Below, piece after piece: positions 50,801 through 64,000 of a DNA stretch of 64,000 bases; the stretch's first letter is position 1; every line of letters starts with the position of its first letter. The position numbers and the translations under genes were made by a program. This stretch comes from Lama guanicoe (Eukaryota), in the NCBI GenBank assembly GCA_013239625.1, contig MU056000.1:1116001-1180000 (forward strand), written 5' to 3'. A model generated the notes under the pieces. The model made no database searches, was not told the DNA's origin, and was given only the letters and a program-made list of their open reading frames with translations.

Positions 50801-53800
50801 GGAATACATGCTCATTAGAGAAAGTCAGGAAAACACAAAATGTATTGGAACCAACATGCTCTTAAGAAATGTCTGACCGTAGCGCCCTTTGGATGCATAA
50901 GGTTTTAGCACCCAGGTTACGGGGGCCTCGTGAGTTGGTCGGAGGGACTTCCTTCTCCCTGGGTTCTGCCAAGCATGGAGCGCTGCGTTCCCAAAAAGCT
51001 TGTGAAAATTCAGCAGGGAAAACCCACAATAACTTGTTTCTTTTTCTTAATTATAAAAGCATTCACAGACTTCCGTTTTCTCTGAGTTCAGCTTTCGCCC
51101 TTCCCGCTCATGTCCACGTGCGAGGTTCTCACTTTGCTTTTCAGTTAGCCTTAGTAGGAGTCTTTGTCTTCTCTTTGGAAAGTGAGTCAGGATTCTGTCC
51201 TTCAGATTTCGGAGCTGGGCTGTATTCTAACCCCTGTGACCGGTTTCGCTAGCTTGCTTTCTCCGGCCTGCGGTCGACGGGTGTCATTCCATAAGCTCAT
51301 CAGGGGTCTCTGAAAACTAGTACACGACTCTCTTCTGCAAACATTTGGCTGTCGTTCCAAGTGATGGAGGAGCTGCCGTCGCCTTTAGAAAGCAGTTTCC
51401 TCCCAGCTGCTGACTTACAGTTTATTTATCGTGTTTCCCATCGGCCGTTTCTCTCCACTTGGTCTGCGGCGGCTGAGGGGTGAGCTTACCTGTTAACTCT
51501 TGATGTCAATTTACATTTCTCCTTGTGTTTCTAACAGCCTCCTACTGCGGCGTCTAGCCAACTAACGTGATAGTTCCTTCATTGTGTGTTGTGCGTCTTG
51601 TCAGGTTAAAGGGCCCTCCGTGGCGGTTGGATGCCATTTGTCCCGTGTTTGGCCCTGGAGGTGGTTCTGTGGATACGTAGGTGGCGGGGGGTGAACAACT
51701 GGTCCAGTCCCCACGCCCTCCCTGCTACGGAATTGTTCCTTCTCCACCAGGGCAGCCTCTTCCCGGGCTCCAGGCCAGTGAGGACACTTCGACGTGGGCT
51801 TGGCCTCCCGTGAGCGCTGGACCCTGGGTGTTAAATTCCAGGGAGTGGACGGGGCATCACCCGCAGCCTGAGCAGCGCCCCCAGCTGAACAGCAGACCCT
51901 CAGCGAGAGACACGGGCTTGTTATTTGCGGAAATCTGAAGGTTGTTCAGGCTGCATTTTGTCAGCAAGAGTCTAAGACACGGTGCTGGCACATTATTTCA
52001 GAGACCTTTGCAACAGATTGCCTCAACGTAGGGCAACTTCCTCTTGTTAGGGGGGTAAATTCTCACGGATTCAGGGCCTGCAGGAAGGACCCCAGGGGCC
52101 TTTGGATAGCGTGTTTCAGGTTTTAAGAAAATTTCATTCACTACATTGTAAATAAAACTGGTGCTTAAGGAAATGCTTAACTGATAAAAGGAAACCCGCA
52201 CGGTGATCCCTCTAACGTTACGAGATGCTCCCGGATGCATTGGTGATAGTTGCAAATCAGATGTAAATCCAGAGGCACATTTAGGGTTTTCATTTTGTGA
52301 CTTCCCTGTGTGTCTATTTGCATAGTAATTATGACTTTAAACCAAGTCCCCGAAACAGTGTGTTCTCTGCAGAAAAGCAGCCCTGGGGTGACGACTCTCC
52401 GAGGGGTGAACACCCTGGTCCCACTCATGTGATGACGTCCCCCTCCGACTCCTCACGCCACCTGAACGGGGCGGCTGAGGGACCAGCGTGGGGCTTTTAG
52501 TCCCCCTTTATATCTGTGTGAGTGTTACGGGCATCTCTAAGCACATTTCCACGCATTCTTCTAATTCTTGCAAGGTTTAACAAATTATTGCACAGAAATA
52601 CTTCATTTCTTTTCCTCCGTGCAGATAACTTTTACTTCTAACTTTTGCCATCGCTCCACTTTCCACTTGTCAAATAACGCTCTGCATTTTAATCCCATCT
52701 TTAAAAAGAAAAGTGGGATTTAATCCCACTGGGTGAGTGAGTGACCCCTGCATTTTATCACCCAAATTGGGACATTTTAAAAGTGAGGGATTAAAACCTC
52801 TTTGCAGCTTGTGTCTTGCAGAACAAAGCCGGAGAGGGGGCAGAGGAGCTGGTGGGGGCTTGGCAGACCCTGTGGGCCAGCCTGGGGGCGGCGCCCCGTG
52901 TGCACGCGTGGCCAGTGCCGGGAGAGTGGTGACCGGGGAGGGGGTGTCAGCCGGGTCAGGACGTCCTCAGCCACAGGGCCCGGCTGACTGAGGGTGGGGG
53001 CCGCGGGGAGGGCTGGCGTGGCTGGCTTGTCTGCTGGGCGGTTGCAGCCCCTCCCGGTTTCCGGAGTCCAGCGAGCCCGTGGCACTCAGGCCTGGGTGTC
53101 AGGAAGGGGTGGTGGCGGGCTGGGCGCGGCCACCCCGGCTTCTGCTCTGCCTGTGGGCGGTGATGGCGGGCAGGGAAGTCAGCGAGGGGTCAGGTGGGTC
53201 CGAGGGCCCTTTCTGATGTGAAGTCAATCCGTCCTCGCGTGGGGGGAGCTGGTTCTGCTTCTCTGAAGGGAGAGCGACCAACGGCCGGTCACCACGTCCC
53301 TGCCGGCCCCCCGGCTGGAGGTGAGGCCAGGGCCTGCCTCGGAGATGAGTGTGTGCAGCTCTGCATCTGTGCGGCACGGGGAGAAGCCGCTTGAGACACG
53401 GCCGTGTCCCCTGTCCCACTGGCTTGTGCGCCTCCCGCCCGCCCGCGGGCGCACGGACTCGGTGGGCTGTCTGAGGCCCCGTGCCCCACGCACCCCGCCC
53501 GTGCTGGGCCAGGCAGGGCCCGCACCCACCGCCGCACGCCAGAGGGGACAAAGGCTCAGAGCAGGTTTCACCGGAAGATGGCTCTGAGTGGATTAATTCA
53601 TTCCCGGCACTTAACTCTGTTACTTCCATTTGACCTAGTTTTCATTACCTGTTTGCTGGCCGGTGAACTATTAATTCAGGTAGATTTGGTTAAGTTTCTT
53701 TTGCAAGGGTGGTCCTGAAGCATTTCACAATTGTTTGGAGCCTTCATTTTATAAGCAAAGGGAAGTTCCAGAAGACGGTGCGGGGCGTCCCCTGGGAGGG

Positions 53801-53829
53801 AAAGGCTCGCCCTCCCGCCATGTCCCCCG

Positions 53830-54065
53830 AACCATCCGACGCCCCAGGCAGAGGCCATCCTGCGGCACGAGCCGGGGGACTCGAGTCTCACTCAGCCCCG
53901 ACCCCATCTGCCTGGGGCGGCGTCCGGCCCCACGGGGACGGGCTCAGGCCCACGGGATTGTCCCCCACCCCAGTCGCCACTGGCAAGCCGTCTGTCCCAG
54001 GGTTGCCCACGACATCTGTCCAGTTCAGCGACAAGTAGGGGGTCTCACCACCCCTCCTCCCTGGA
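53830..54065. mobile_element. MER21-like LTR fragment
   Basis: gggctcaggcccacgggattgtcccccacccc..gggggtctcaccacccctcctc. Confidence 0.5.
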
Positions 54066-54129
54066 GGGGCTCATACAACTCAGAGCCCACTGACCCGGGC
54101 CCCTCACAATACACCCTTCTGCTCTTTGG

Positions 54130-54700
54130 AGATTGGCAGGCCCTAATAAAACATGCAGTTACCTGTGACTTCGTTGCCGCACTGCCAGGTATTTTCCCAA
54201 AAGAAATAAAAGTTTATTTTGACAAACAGACTTGCACAAAAAAGTTCACAGGACTTTATTCATAACAGCCGCCAACTGGAAACAGTCCCAATGTTCATAA
54301 AGAGAAAAGCGAATGAACAGACTGTGACGTTTGTGCAAGGGAATAACAGAGCAGAAGACAAGGAACAAGCTACCTAACCTCGTGATCACGTGGGTGAAGC
54401 GGACGGACGTCGGGCTCAGCAAAAGAGTCAGAGACAAAAAGCCAGACTGCACGAATCTGCTGCACGAGGCCCTGCCACACGAAGACAGGAAACACTAATC
54501 TGCGGTGACAACAATCAGAAAAGTTTGCCTCGTGGTGGCTGTGAGGCGGGGTGGGGGGGGCTTTGGAGGCAGCGGGCATGTGCAGTGTTGTTACGGTCCG
54601 CATGGCGCGTGCACCTGTCAAAGCCCATCGCATTGTACACCTGGGAACTGTGCACCTCACCGTATGTAACTTGTGACGAAAACAAAGAAAACCTGCACGC
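54130..54700 (+). mobile_element. L1M(B/E) 3' fragment
   Basis: ggtattttcccaaaagaaataaaa, ctttattcataacagccgccaactggaaaca. Confidence 0.8.
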
Positions 54701-56884
54701 ATTGAACTCTGCTTATAGCCTTGCTTTTATCACCTCGATGGGCTAACATACCTGAAACCACTTTCCGTGTTTTCCATGCTTCACTCAGCAAAGGAGAATG
54801 TATTTTGGGAAAATGGGAGTCGGTGTTTGTAGGAGAAGGGAGTTCTATGTCTAGAATGCTCCCTGTGGTTTTGGATCGCAATTAGAGGCATTATCAGTGA
54901 ACTCATAAATTTATTCTTACAGATGGAGAAATAGATATGTTTGTGCACTTACCTGTGTCTGTATCTGAATCCAAGTCTCTCCTAGGTCTGTCTGCTGAGA
55001 GACTCTCAGTGTGCTGGCACGTCAGGAGCAGTGAACACACCCGCCGCCCGGATCTCAGCGTCTAATCGCCTTTGCCCCACAGAGGAGCCGCGACGCCCGG
55101 AGGACAGGCTGGCCCGGGCTGACGCAGGGAGAGCCCAGGGCTGCTTGCTATTCAGAAAGTAAGAAATTCCCCCCAGATCACCAGGACCCCCCCAGTCAGG
55201 TATTAGTTTATGACAAGTCATCTCAAAACTTCGCTGCCTGAAAGAATGAGTCGTCCTCGCCTGCGGTGCCGTGGGCTACCCACCAGGTTGGATGGTTCTC
55301 CCTTGGGTCTTTGATGGGACACTGGTCAGTGGCCAGCTGGGGCTTTGCCCGGGTTTGCTGCAGAGTCAGACAAATGCGACCTTCTCGTCTTACTTCACGG
55401 CGCCAGCCAGGCAATGGATGCCCAGCGGCTCAGAATGACAGGGCTTTACTTTTCCTTCCGTGAGGCGAGTGTCGGCTGCTAGGGGCGGCGCTGCCGCGAG
55501 CGGGTCCCCTTCCCGTGCTGGTGGGCGCCCGGTCAGTGGAAGCGGCCGCAGTCACAGAGCTTGCGACCACGCTCGGGTGGGGGGCAGGCCCGTGAGCTTG
55601 CCCAGACCCTTGCCAAGGGTAAGGGCACCTTCCTCTCCCACAGTCGGACTGCAACTGGTGCCGTGGAAAAGTCTAGCTGCAGGCAGTGTTGGGAACCAGG
55701 GTTCTGGCCTTGAAAGTTTTCTCTTAAATGGGAGGCGGGGCAGAGAGACGGGAGGATTGGAACTGACACTGGGCGAAGCAGCCAGCGCCGCCTGCCTCAC
55801 CTGACAGCAGAAAAAGTCACTGCTGTTCACTGAGTATTAGAATGTTTTACATAGAAAGGTTAATTCCAAATAAAGTAGGATGTGCATCTGGGAGCAGGAC
55901 GCAAAGGAGGCGAATAAAAGCACAACACGCAGCTGCTTCCATGCTGTCTCGGGCTTCAGTGGGGCTCACGCAGACCCAGCTTTGGGCAGGACGGGGCGCC
56001 GGGTGTCACCGGCCCGCGCGCGGCTCTGGGAACCTTGGGGACAGTCGTTCCAAAAGTCTAAGTGAGACTCTGAGTGCCCGGCCGTGAGATGACCTAGCGG
56101 CGTGTGTTTCTCTACCCGATTTCCCTCTGATTAGCCAGAAGGTTCAGTTCATCCTCTTTTCCTTAATGTTCCGCTTTGCTCTTCTGTCCCCCTTTTCCTT
56201 CCCTTTTCATTCACCGAGAAGAGAAAACCAAACCGGACAAGGGCAGCGGCCGCCTGTGCGGCGGGGGCGGGGGCGGGCGCGTCTGCGAGCTTCCCTCCCC
56301 CTGGGTCCGGGCTGCCCTGCTCTCGCTCTCACCCCCGTGGGCTTAAAGGTCTCCTTCACGCTTCTGCCCGCCCTCCTCTGAGAGGTGGGCCCCCGCAGCC
56401 GAGAAGGGGCCATGAGCCTCCTTTCCGAGGCGAGCCCTCCGCCAGCAGGCCTCCTCCCTGCGTCAGTGCGCGGCTCGGATGGCACTGTGGCCGTGACGCC
56501 CCCCCACCCCCGGCTGGGCGCCCCCGGCAGAGCCGACGCGTCTCCTGCAGCCACTGTCTGTGTTTCGCACACCCGCCTGCTGTGCACGGCCACACGACTG
56601 ACCCCCAGTGCGTCTGTCTGGGCACGAGCAGCTGGTGTTTGTTCGGAGGGCCTGCGCTCACAGGCATCTTGGCCATGCGACCTGGCAAGTATTTGCTAAA
56701 TTAAAGAGTGCACAAGTGGGCCGGCAAGTATTTCTTAAATTAACTCCATGCAGCGTTTCCTGAGCAACTCTGCCCATTTACAAGCAGAGTCGCCAGACGC
56801 TAAAAGGTAGCATCGCTCGCCTGAGGTTTTTTGTTGAAAAAATGAGAGTTAGAGGCAGAGCTCTGTGACCTTGGGCGGACTATG

Positions 56885-57180
56885 GAGGAAAGAGCGAGTG
56901 GGCAAAGCCTGAATAGACGTCGTTTCAGAGATGACATGCCGACGGCCAGCTGGCGCGGGGAAGGGTGCCCGGCACCTCTGATCACCAGGGAAACACAAGT
57001 CACGGCCGCATGAGGCACCAGCCCACGCCTGTCCGGATGGCTGCTACCAAAGAGACTGCCAATAACACGTGCTGGCGAGGATGTGGGGAAAAGGGTGCCC
57101 TTGTTCACTTTTGGTGGGGGGGTAAATTGGTGCAGCCACTATCCAAAACAGTGTGGGCGTTCCTAAAAGAATTAAATTAT
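56885..57180 (+). mobile_element. L1 ORF2 C-terminal fragment
   Basis: TPVRMAATKETANNTCWRGCGEKGALVHFWWGGKLVQPLSKTVWAFLKEL. Confidence 0.88.
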
Positions 57181-58189
57181 TTATCCAGACGCAGTGACAT
57201 CGACACCCCCGTCGCTGCGGTGTTCCTCAAGCAGCCGAGACGCGGCAGAGGAGCCGCCCCGCACCCCTTCTGCTGGCCGGGCGGGGCCGGGCTGCCCTGA
57301 GCCTCGGTCTGGGCCCAGGTTTTGTGGGCGGATTTTCACAACACACGTGTCTGAAGCCAAGAAGCTGAGCCCAGCGATGCTGGGAGTGTGGGCCTGAGAA
57401 GGTGGGGGATTTCGCCAGCTCACCTTTGTGTGTCTTCCCTGGTTTGACACGGAAACACTCCAGGCAATCACTTCCATGAAGGACGCAGAGTCCACCTATG
57501 GGCGCCTGCTGCCAACACCACGTTCAGGGCCGCACAACCTCATCCTTGCCGCCCCCCCAGCGGGCATGCGTGTGAGCCCCGGAGCTCCCACTGTGCGTCC
57601 CTCTGCTCCCACGAAGTCCTGACGGGCAAGCTGACAGCATGAGCAACCGACCCTGGGAAGGCAGCAGACGCCAAGCTTTAACTTAATAGTCTCTCAAGAA
57701 GGATCAATTTTCTATTTTTCCCCAAGATTCTCACTTGGACATAGGATTTCTAATTGGCCTTTTCTCCTCTTTTTAAAAGAAAACGGCGAACATTTATCAA
57801 GAGAGACCGTGCTGGGCCTTAAAACAAGTCCCAGGAAGAGAGAAAAGATTAAATCGTAAGAAAACGCGCTCCGACCGCGGTGGGCACAGTCAGAGGCCCT
57901 CATAGCGCAGTGTGGTGACAAAACAGAGCTCAGCAAACGGGCCAAGGTCAGCAAACGCACTTCACAGCGGGGGCCATCTGAATGGCCGGTACCCTCCCGT
58001 CCCTCGGAGATGTAAGTTAAAACCTCGCCCAGGCAGCATCGCTCGCCAGTGGAACCCGGAAAACGGAGACACCGGGACGCTGAGGGCGACCAGGAGCGGC
58101 CTCCGTTCTCAGCCTGCTGCCGGGGCTGCGAGGCAGCCCAGCTGCTCCGGGAGCTGCAGCGGCGCCTTCCCGGGCAGACACGGCCTCAC

Positions 58190-58705
58190 CGGGCCCATTA
58201 GGATTGCACTCCAGGGACTCATCCAAAAGCAGTGAAGACACGTCCTCACACAGACTTGCGCGTGAATCTTCCCAGACGTTTTTGTTGTAATAATCAAAAC
58301 CGGGGGACAACGCAAGTGTTCTTCAAGAAGGAAATAAACAAATCACGACTGAGACCCACAGTGAAGTACGATGCAGCGGCGGCGAGAAGAAACGCACTGC
58401 TAACATAGGCAGCAGGATGGAGTGGCCTTGGAATCACCAAGCTGAGCGAAAAACGCTGGCCAGAGGCTACATACAAAATTCTAGAAAATGCAGTGTGATA
58501 CATATGTCGTTCATCGCTCCCTGGCGCTCGGGGGAGGGGGGAGAAGACAGATGGAGACCGGGCTCCAGGGGCTCTTGGACCGGTGAGAACATCGTGCCAC
58601 TTCACTGTGGAAGTGGACCCGCTGCTGTATGTGAACCGTGAACTTCAAATTGGTAACACTTGTTGTATCTCAGTTATACCTCCAATCACTGTAACTGCAA
58701 TAAGG
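58190..58705 (+). mobile_element. L1MB-like 3' fragment
   Basis: attgcactccagggactcatccaaaagcagtgaagacacgtcc, tacatacaaaattctagaaaatgca. Confidence 0.75.
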
Positions 58706-61700
58706 TTTCATTTCTAATGTTGACATGTCTGAATCAGTCGGGGCAAGGATGAAAGCCTCAGGCAGCTGGTGGTCCTCAACCCGCGGCACGTGGCGTTGGC
58801 CCCCTTCCACTGCACCTGGCCGAGGGGCGGTCAGGGGTCGTCAGTGGACCTTCTCTGCGGCTCGTCTGGGCTGACTGATCCTTTTTGGGCAGTTCTTGCA
58901 ATAACCAAGAATTTAAAAATTCAGGAAGCAAAAAGGAGTTTTCAAGACATTTCTTTGTGTTTTCCTCCTGTGACAACATCAAGTCATCGAAAGCCGCCAG
59001 CCCGCTGCTTCTCGCGTCTCGACCCCACGGCCCCGAGCGGGAGACCCTGACCGGGGAGGAGCTTCACCCAGCGCCACTAGAAACACGGAACTTCCCAAGT
59101 CCACGGCTGTTCTCCAAGCGTGGAGAGAAGGGTGGGGCCTGTGGGTTATTCGCGGCCTCTGTTTCCTTGGTTGCCTTCCAAGGGGGACGACGTGGCCCCG
59201 ACCCTGAGCTCAGCCCCAAGAGTCTTCTGCGTTTTGGGATGGAGGGTCAGGCTTTCTGCGGGCAGGCGGTGCCCTGGGCTCCCTCTCCCCACCAGCCCTG
59301 TCCCTGATGGCAGGGAAGTGCCACCTGGAGGGGCCCAGCCCCGCCTGGTGTGAAGACGCGGGGGCTGAGCAGACGCTCAGGTCCCTGGGGAACCCCCGCG
59401 CTCCGCCCGCCGGGGCGCTGGCAGCAGCACCCACTGCGGCCTCCAAACGCAGTTAGTGGACCTCCTGGATGACAAGCAGTCAGAGGACGTCTTGCACCTT
59501 GATGTTCACAGCCCAGGTTCCCGGGGGTCCTGCCTCCGAGCCCAGGCCGGGTCCGGGCCGACTGCCGGGGCCACTGGGGGCTCGAGACGTGAGGACCTGT
59601 CCCCGGGAGCAGGACCCGGGGGGGTCCCAGACGCGGCTCATGGTTAACCCCCCACAGAGAAGCTGGGTCAGCGCACACGGACTCTCTGGTGGCTCCTTCC
59701 AGCTGCAGGCGAGTTTACAACTGTCAGCCAAAAAGGGCACAGACACTGTCCTTTCCTGCCCAATGCCCCGCGCCCAGCGTCTCCCGCACGGGGGCCCCAC
59801 CCTCGGCCACCGTCCCAGCCCTAGAGGACAAAGGAACACTTACCTCAGGGAAGGACATCACGAGAGAAGCTGAGCAGCCCATTGGGGAAGTTCCCTCTGG
59901 ACAGAGGAATCCCCCTTGAGACCTCCTCTCATTCACTTTTCTGCGCTGTAACAATTTCGTTTGAGAAGCTCTCTCAAAAGAGTGATCTGTGATCCTCCAT
60001 TTCAGTAACTGACCATCTTTCTTTTACAAAGATTCTTAAGCATCCTGGGCATTCCTGGCACGGGTCGCACCTGCGGGCAGCCTGTGAGCAGAAGCGTGGG
60101 TGCCTCACGAAACCGCCGTGTGGCCCCTGGACTCCTTGACTCTCTGATGCCAGCCCTGCCCTTGGAGGAACGCCAGCAGGGAGCCGGGCAGGTGGACTTT
60201 TATCCTCCCAGATACCAAGGCTGATAGCGAATGACGGACCCCCAGCCCCGCTCGCCAGCGTTCAGGAAATGCTGCTCCCCTGGGTGTCAGCAGGGAGACC
60301 TGTCACCTCATCAAGACTCTCCACTTAGCGTCCAGCTGTAGCCTCCGACCGTGTCCTCCAGCAGAGCTTAGGGCGTCCCAAAGGCCCCGTCCTGTCGGTC
60401 CTTGCCGGTGATGGTGACGGATGGCCTTGGTGTGGTGGCCCCGAGGGCACCTTGTTAGGACCCATCCGCCGGAGCGGCTGCGCCATGCAGAGATGGGGGC
60501 CGTCCCGGGGTCACCAGGCTCAGCGCCCCCATTCATCTCCCAGGCCTGGGACCTGTCATCCAGCTGCTGCAGCATCAGGCGTGTCCGTGAAGCCTACGAG
60601 GTGTGAGGAAGTGGGGGCAAAAGCACCCCACCCGTCTCCAACCCCACCTGCCTCTACCCATCTCCTGCTCAGCCCTTCCCTCTCAAAGTGCCTGGCCGGT
60701 CCCTCTGCTCGGGACCTCTGCCGAATGAGTGCTTCCAGCTGAGAATGGGATATTTCTGTTTAGCATAACCCCAGATCCTGATGGTAATGGAATGATCGGA
60801 CTTTCCTGGGTAGCCTGGCATGGGCTGGTGTCCGAGGAGTCTGTTGGTCAGTGAAACCTCTGGACCACCGCCACTGCCAGTTTGTGAGCCTGGAGCAGCT
60901 GCTCACTGCCGTGGGCTCCGGCCACTCTGCTTCTCTGCTGGGTACTGCGGGGAAAGGACCACCGCCTTCCACTCCCCAAGTCTGTCACTAGCTAACGGGA
61001 AGCTGCTGTTCTCAAAACAGGTATGTCCTGGGGCTTTCCAGAGGACAGAGGCCGCGGGGCCAAACCCGGAGGGTGTTGAGAGATCCTCGCGTCACATCTT
61101 CCTGCCCTGCTCCCTCCTCTTGTCTTGGGACAAGTGGCCTGACCGCCAGCAGGTACCAAATGCACAGAAGACACAGCCCTTTCGCATGTGTCACGAGTGG
61201 TCCTGTTACGTCTTCCTGGAGTCTAGACACCCACTGCCTTCTGGGAAAAGACGCCTTCGGTGAGGCAGCCAACCCCCCTGTGACCCACAGCCCTGGGCCT
61301 GTCCGTCCCCTCCGGGCGCCTCTGCACGCTTACTCCACATGGACTGGCCACGCTGCTCGCTCCTGCTGCGCTCACAAACAACCTGCGGCACCTGTGCGTG
61401 CTTTACTGGTGGACGTAGGCGGCCGGGCCCGGGAGGTCCAGCTGATGCTGGCAGCACGTTTCCATGGGATGCCGAGGTCCAGAGGTGGTCTGCTGGCCTC
61501 GGCCCGGACAGCTCAGTATTTCAGTAGTCCTTAATCCTAGTAATGGGCATGTTGGTAATTTTACTATAACAGCTTCACAATTAACAAAGTTCCACCATTC
61601 ATTCTTAATTGTATATGAATTATATAAAACTGTGTTATATTAATAAGATACAGTCACACAGAGAGGGGCTGCCGTGCCTGCGGTCCCCCCGACCCCCCGA

Positions 61701-62999
61701 CTGAAGGAAGCCCCGCGGGCCACCGACCAGGCGCAGTGGGAGGCAGTCCAGCCAAACCACTGACTGCAGGAGGCGGACGCGCTTTGGTCTGAGCCTCGAG
61801 CTCGGCTGTGCCTGTTACGCAGTGGTGATGACGTGCAGTCGATCAAAGCCGAGCGAGTGCGTCTCAGCCAGGCTCACAGAGCGACGCTTCAGTGGTGCCT
61901 CTGTGGCCGCTAACCAGGGCTGGCGCACTGGAAAATCTTAACTTGGCAAAAAATAATCCAAGTTGTAATTGAATTATGTCCACTTTGACCAGATTTTATA
62001 TGGTTTTGGCTACAGATTACAATAAAAGGTAAAGAAAATTCACCTGCGAGTGTCAGTGTGCGGAGGGCCCGGGTCAGGAGTCATCTTTAGCCACCAGAGG
62101 CTGTCAGCATGCTGAGGCCGCCGCTGCCGCCCGAAGGCCACGCTCCCCTGGGGGACCTGCTCCGGCCGCCGCCCAGGCCCGCAGTCCAGGGACCGAGAAA
62201 GCCTCTGCTTGCGGCGCACTAACGGGTTACGGGCAGCGGTGCTGCCTTAAGGGCTTGGTGATTCGGCGCGTGTTTCCTTCCCTGAAAGCCGCCCTGGCCT
62301 GAAGCAAGACGGACAAGAGCGCCGTGTGTCCCCCTCGGCCGCCGCGAGGCCGCGGGAGGCATCGCCACTCTTTGGTCTTTGGATGTTTCTAACTCCTGGA
62401 GATTATGCCCCATCAGGCTTTATCTTCGAATCGATACGAAAGTTATACAAGGAAGCTGCTAATTTATTTGCATTTCTTACTCCAACCCAATGAGCTCGAC
62501 CGAAACCAGTGTCCCTTGTGAACCTGCAGTGAAAGCAGGCTGTCAGGACTGGCATCATCACCATCTTCTCACGGCGGAAGCTGTGAAACACCGTGCAGCT
62601 CCGCAGCCGGCCCTCCTGCCGGCGGCTGCTCTGCGCCCAGGCTGTGCTGGGCTGGCGCCTGCGGTCCGAGGGGCTGCCACGGGAGTGGAGCAGCAGGGAG
62701 GCCGCGCAGAGGGTGTCTCCTGAGTCCGTGGTGCCGCCCTGTCCACAGCGTCCTGAGACCAGAGGGGAAGCAGGTGCCTGGATTCACACGGGACCAGCTT
62801 GCCTTCCCGAGAGCAAACGTGTAGATGTGTTCACAGATGCGCGAACATAAACGGGCTGGTACATATGTGAAATTTTCTTCTGAGTCGGCCAAGCGGTCCT
62901 AGAAGCAGGGCGGCCCGGCAGCAGTGAGCACGGCTCAGGCCCAGCCCTTTGCAGCGCCGTCCTCCAGGGAAGGAACCAGGGGACGAAGTGGTCAGGATC

Positions 63000-64000
63000 A
63001 GCCTGGAGCATCTGGTGGCGCCAGAAAGTAAGAAAGTGCTTAAAAAAATTGAATAAACAGCCCCCAAACCCCAGGCAAAGAAAAGGCCACAATGATGGGA
63101 GCCCATTGAAGGGACACGGGAACAAAGTGAAGGAATGCCAACGGGACAAACTGGAGTTTAGAGCAAGAAGAAAAGTAGCATTGGATTATAACCCAAATAT
63201 AAAATAAATACCCATGAGTCTACAGTGATATAAATAATTGGCTGCATCAAAAACTGAACAGGAGAGAAGAGACAAAGCTCCTGCAGAGTCAAAGTCATAC
63301 ACCGTGGACCCTTGAACAAAGTGGGGCTTGGGGCGCCAGCCCTCTGCATGGCGGACGACCTGCATACAGTTGCGCAGTCGGCTTCCCCCATGCGCGTACA
63401 GGGTCCCTCTGTGTCCACCTGGCCGTGGGCTGTGTGGTGCTCTAGCTCTTACTACTGAAAAAGAGCCACACAGAAGTTGATCCTCGCAGTTCAAACCCAT
63501 GCTGTTCAAGGTCAACAGTGTGTAGCTGCTTTGCCCTCATGCAGGTGAAGCACAACCCTCTGTGCCTTGAGGGTGGGCTGAGCAGTGACCTCTTGCACAG
63601 GCTACGGTGTGCAGAGGAGGAGAGTGGACGGGCCTGGTGGGCACGACCTCAGCCAGGGGATCAAGTTCGACCTCAGTAGTCATGTCACGTCAGCAGTGTA
63701 TACACTTGGTACAACGTGATGAAAATGGCAATTTTCCTCGGTGCTCTTTCCCCCAAGCCCATAACCCCAGTTTAATTATTAAAAAAAAAAAAACCAAAAC
63801 ACATCCCCATGGAAGGCCGTTCTATAAGACACCTGACCCGTGCTCCTCAGAACTGCCCAGATCATCAAAAACAGGGGAAGTGTGAGAAACCATCACCTGA
63901 GAAGTCTGAAGAGACATGGTAGCTAAAGGTACGTGGTAGCTTACACAGAATCCTGTAGCAGCACGAAGATATCTAAGGAACCAAAATTAAACAAGTGCTT
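63000..64000 (+). mobile_element. L1MC-like 3' region (runs off the window end)
   Basis: ggattataacccaaatataaaataaatacccatgagtc, cccataaccccagtttaat, gatcatcaaaaacaggggaagtgtgagaaac. Confidence 0.75.
63302..63520. mobile_element. Tigger-family MITE (MER8-like) nested in L1
   Basis: Degenerate TIRs ccgtggacccttgaaca ... tgttcaaggtcaacag; ~220 bp. Confidence 0.75.

Overview
Eukaryotic, GC-rich mammalian genomic DNA. It is probably camelid, judged from a tRNA-derived SINE and young L1 3' tails, and looks subtelomeric. There is no intact protein-coding gene; nearly all ORF-track calls are chance ORFs in GC-rich DNA or in repeat relics. The main signal is a ~40 kb multi-exon relic on the minus strand, running from a CpG island at ~41.1-41.65 kb down to ~1.4 kb. 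About 20 AG/GT-bounded segments, several in splice-phase continuity, translate into peptides that align by eye and in order with the central and C-terminal part of GREB1/GREB1L (permuted SF2-helicase-like region, CxxC motif, TAGT glycosyltransferase domain). The relic is far too divergent to be GREB1 or GREB1L and carries many stops and frameshifts. I interpret it as an unprocessed pseudogene of a third GREB1-family paralog. The GREB1 motifs are recalled from memory and need an HMM/BLAST check. The rest of the window is L1, L2, MIR, MaLR/ERVL/ERV1 LTR and Tigger relics, a 17-bp minisatellite, and a gene-free right third with AT-rich candidate regulatory islands. Repeat boundaries and subfamily names are approximate.
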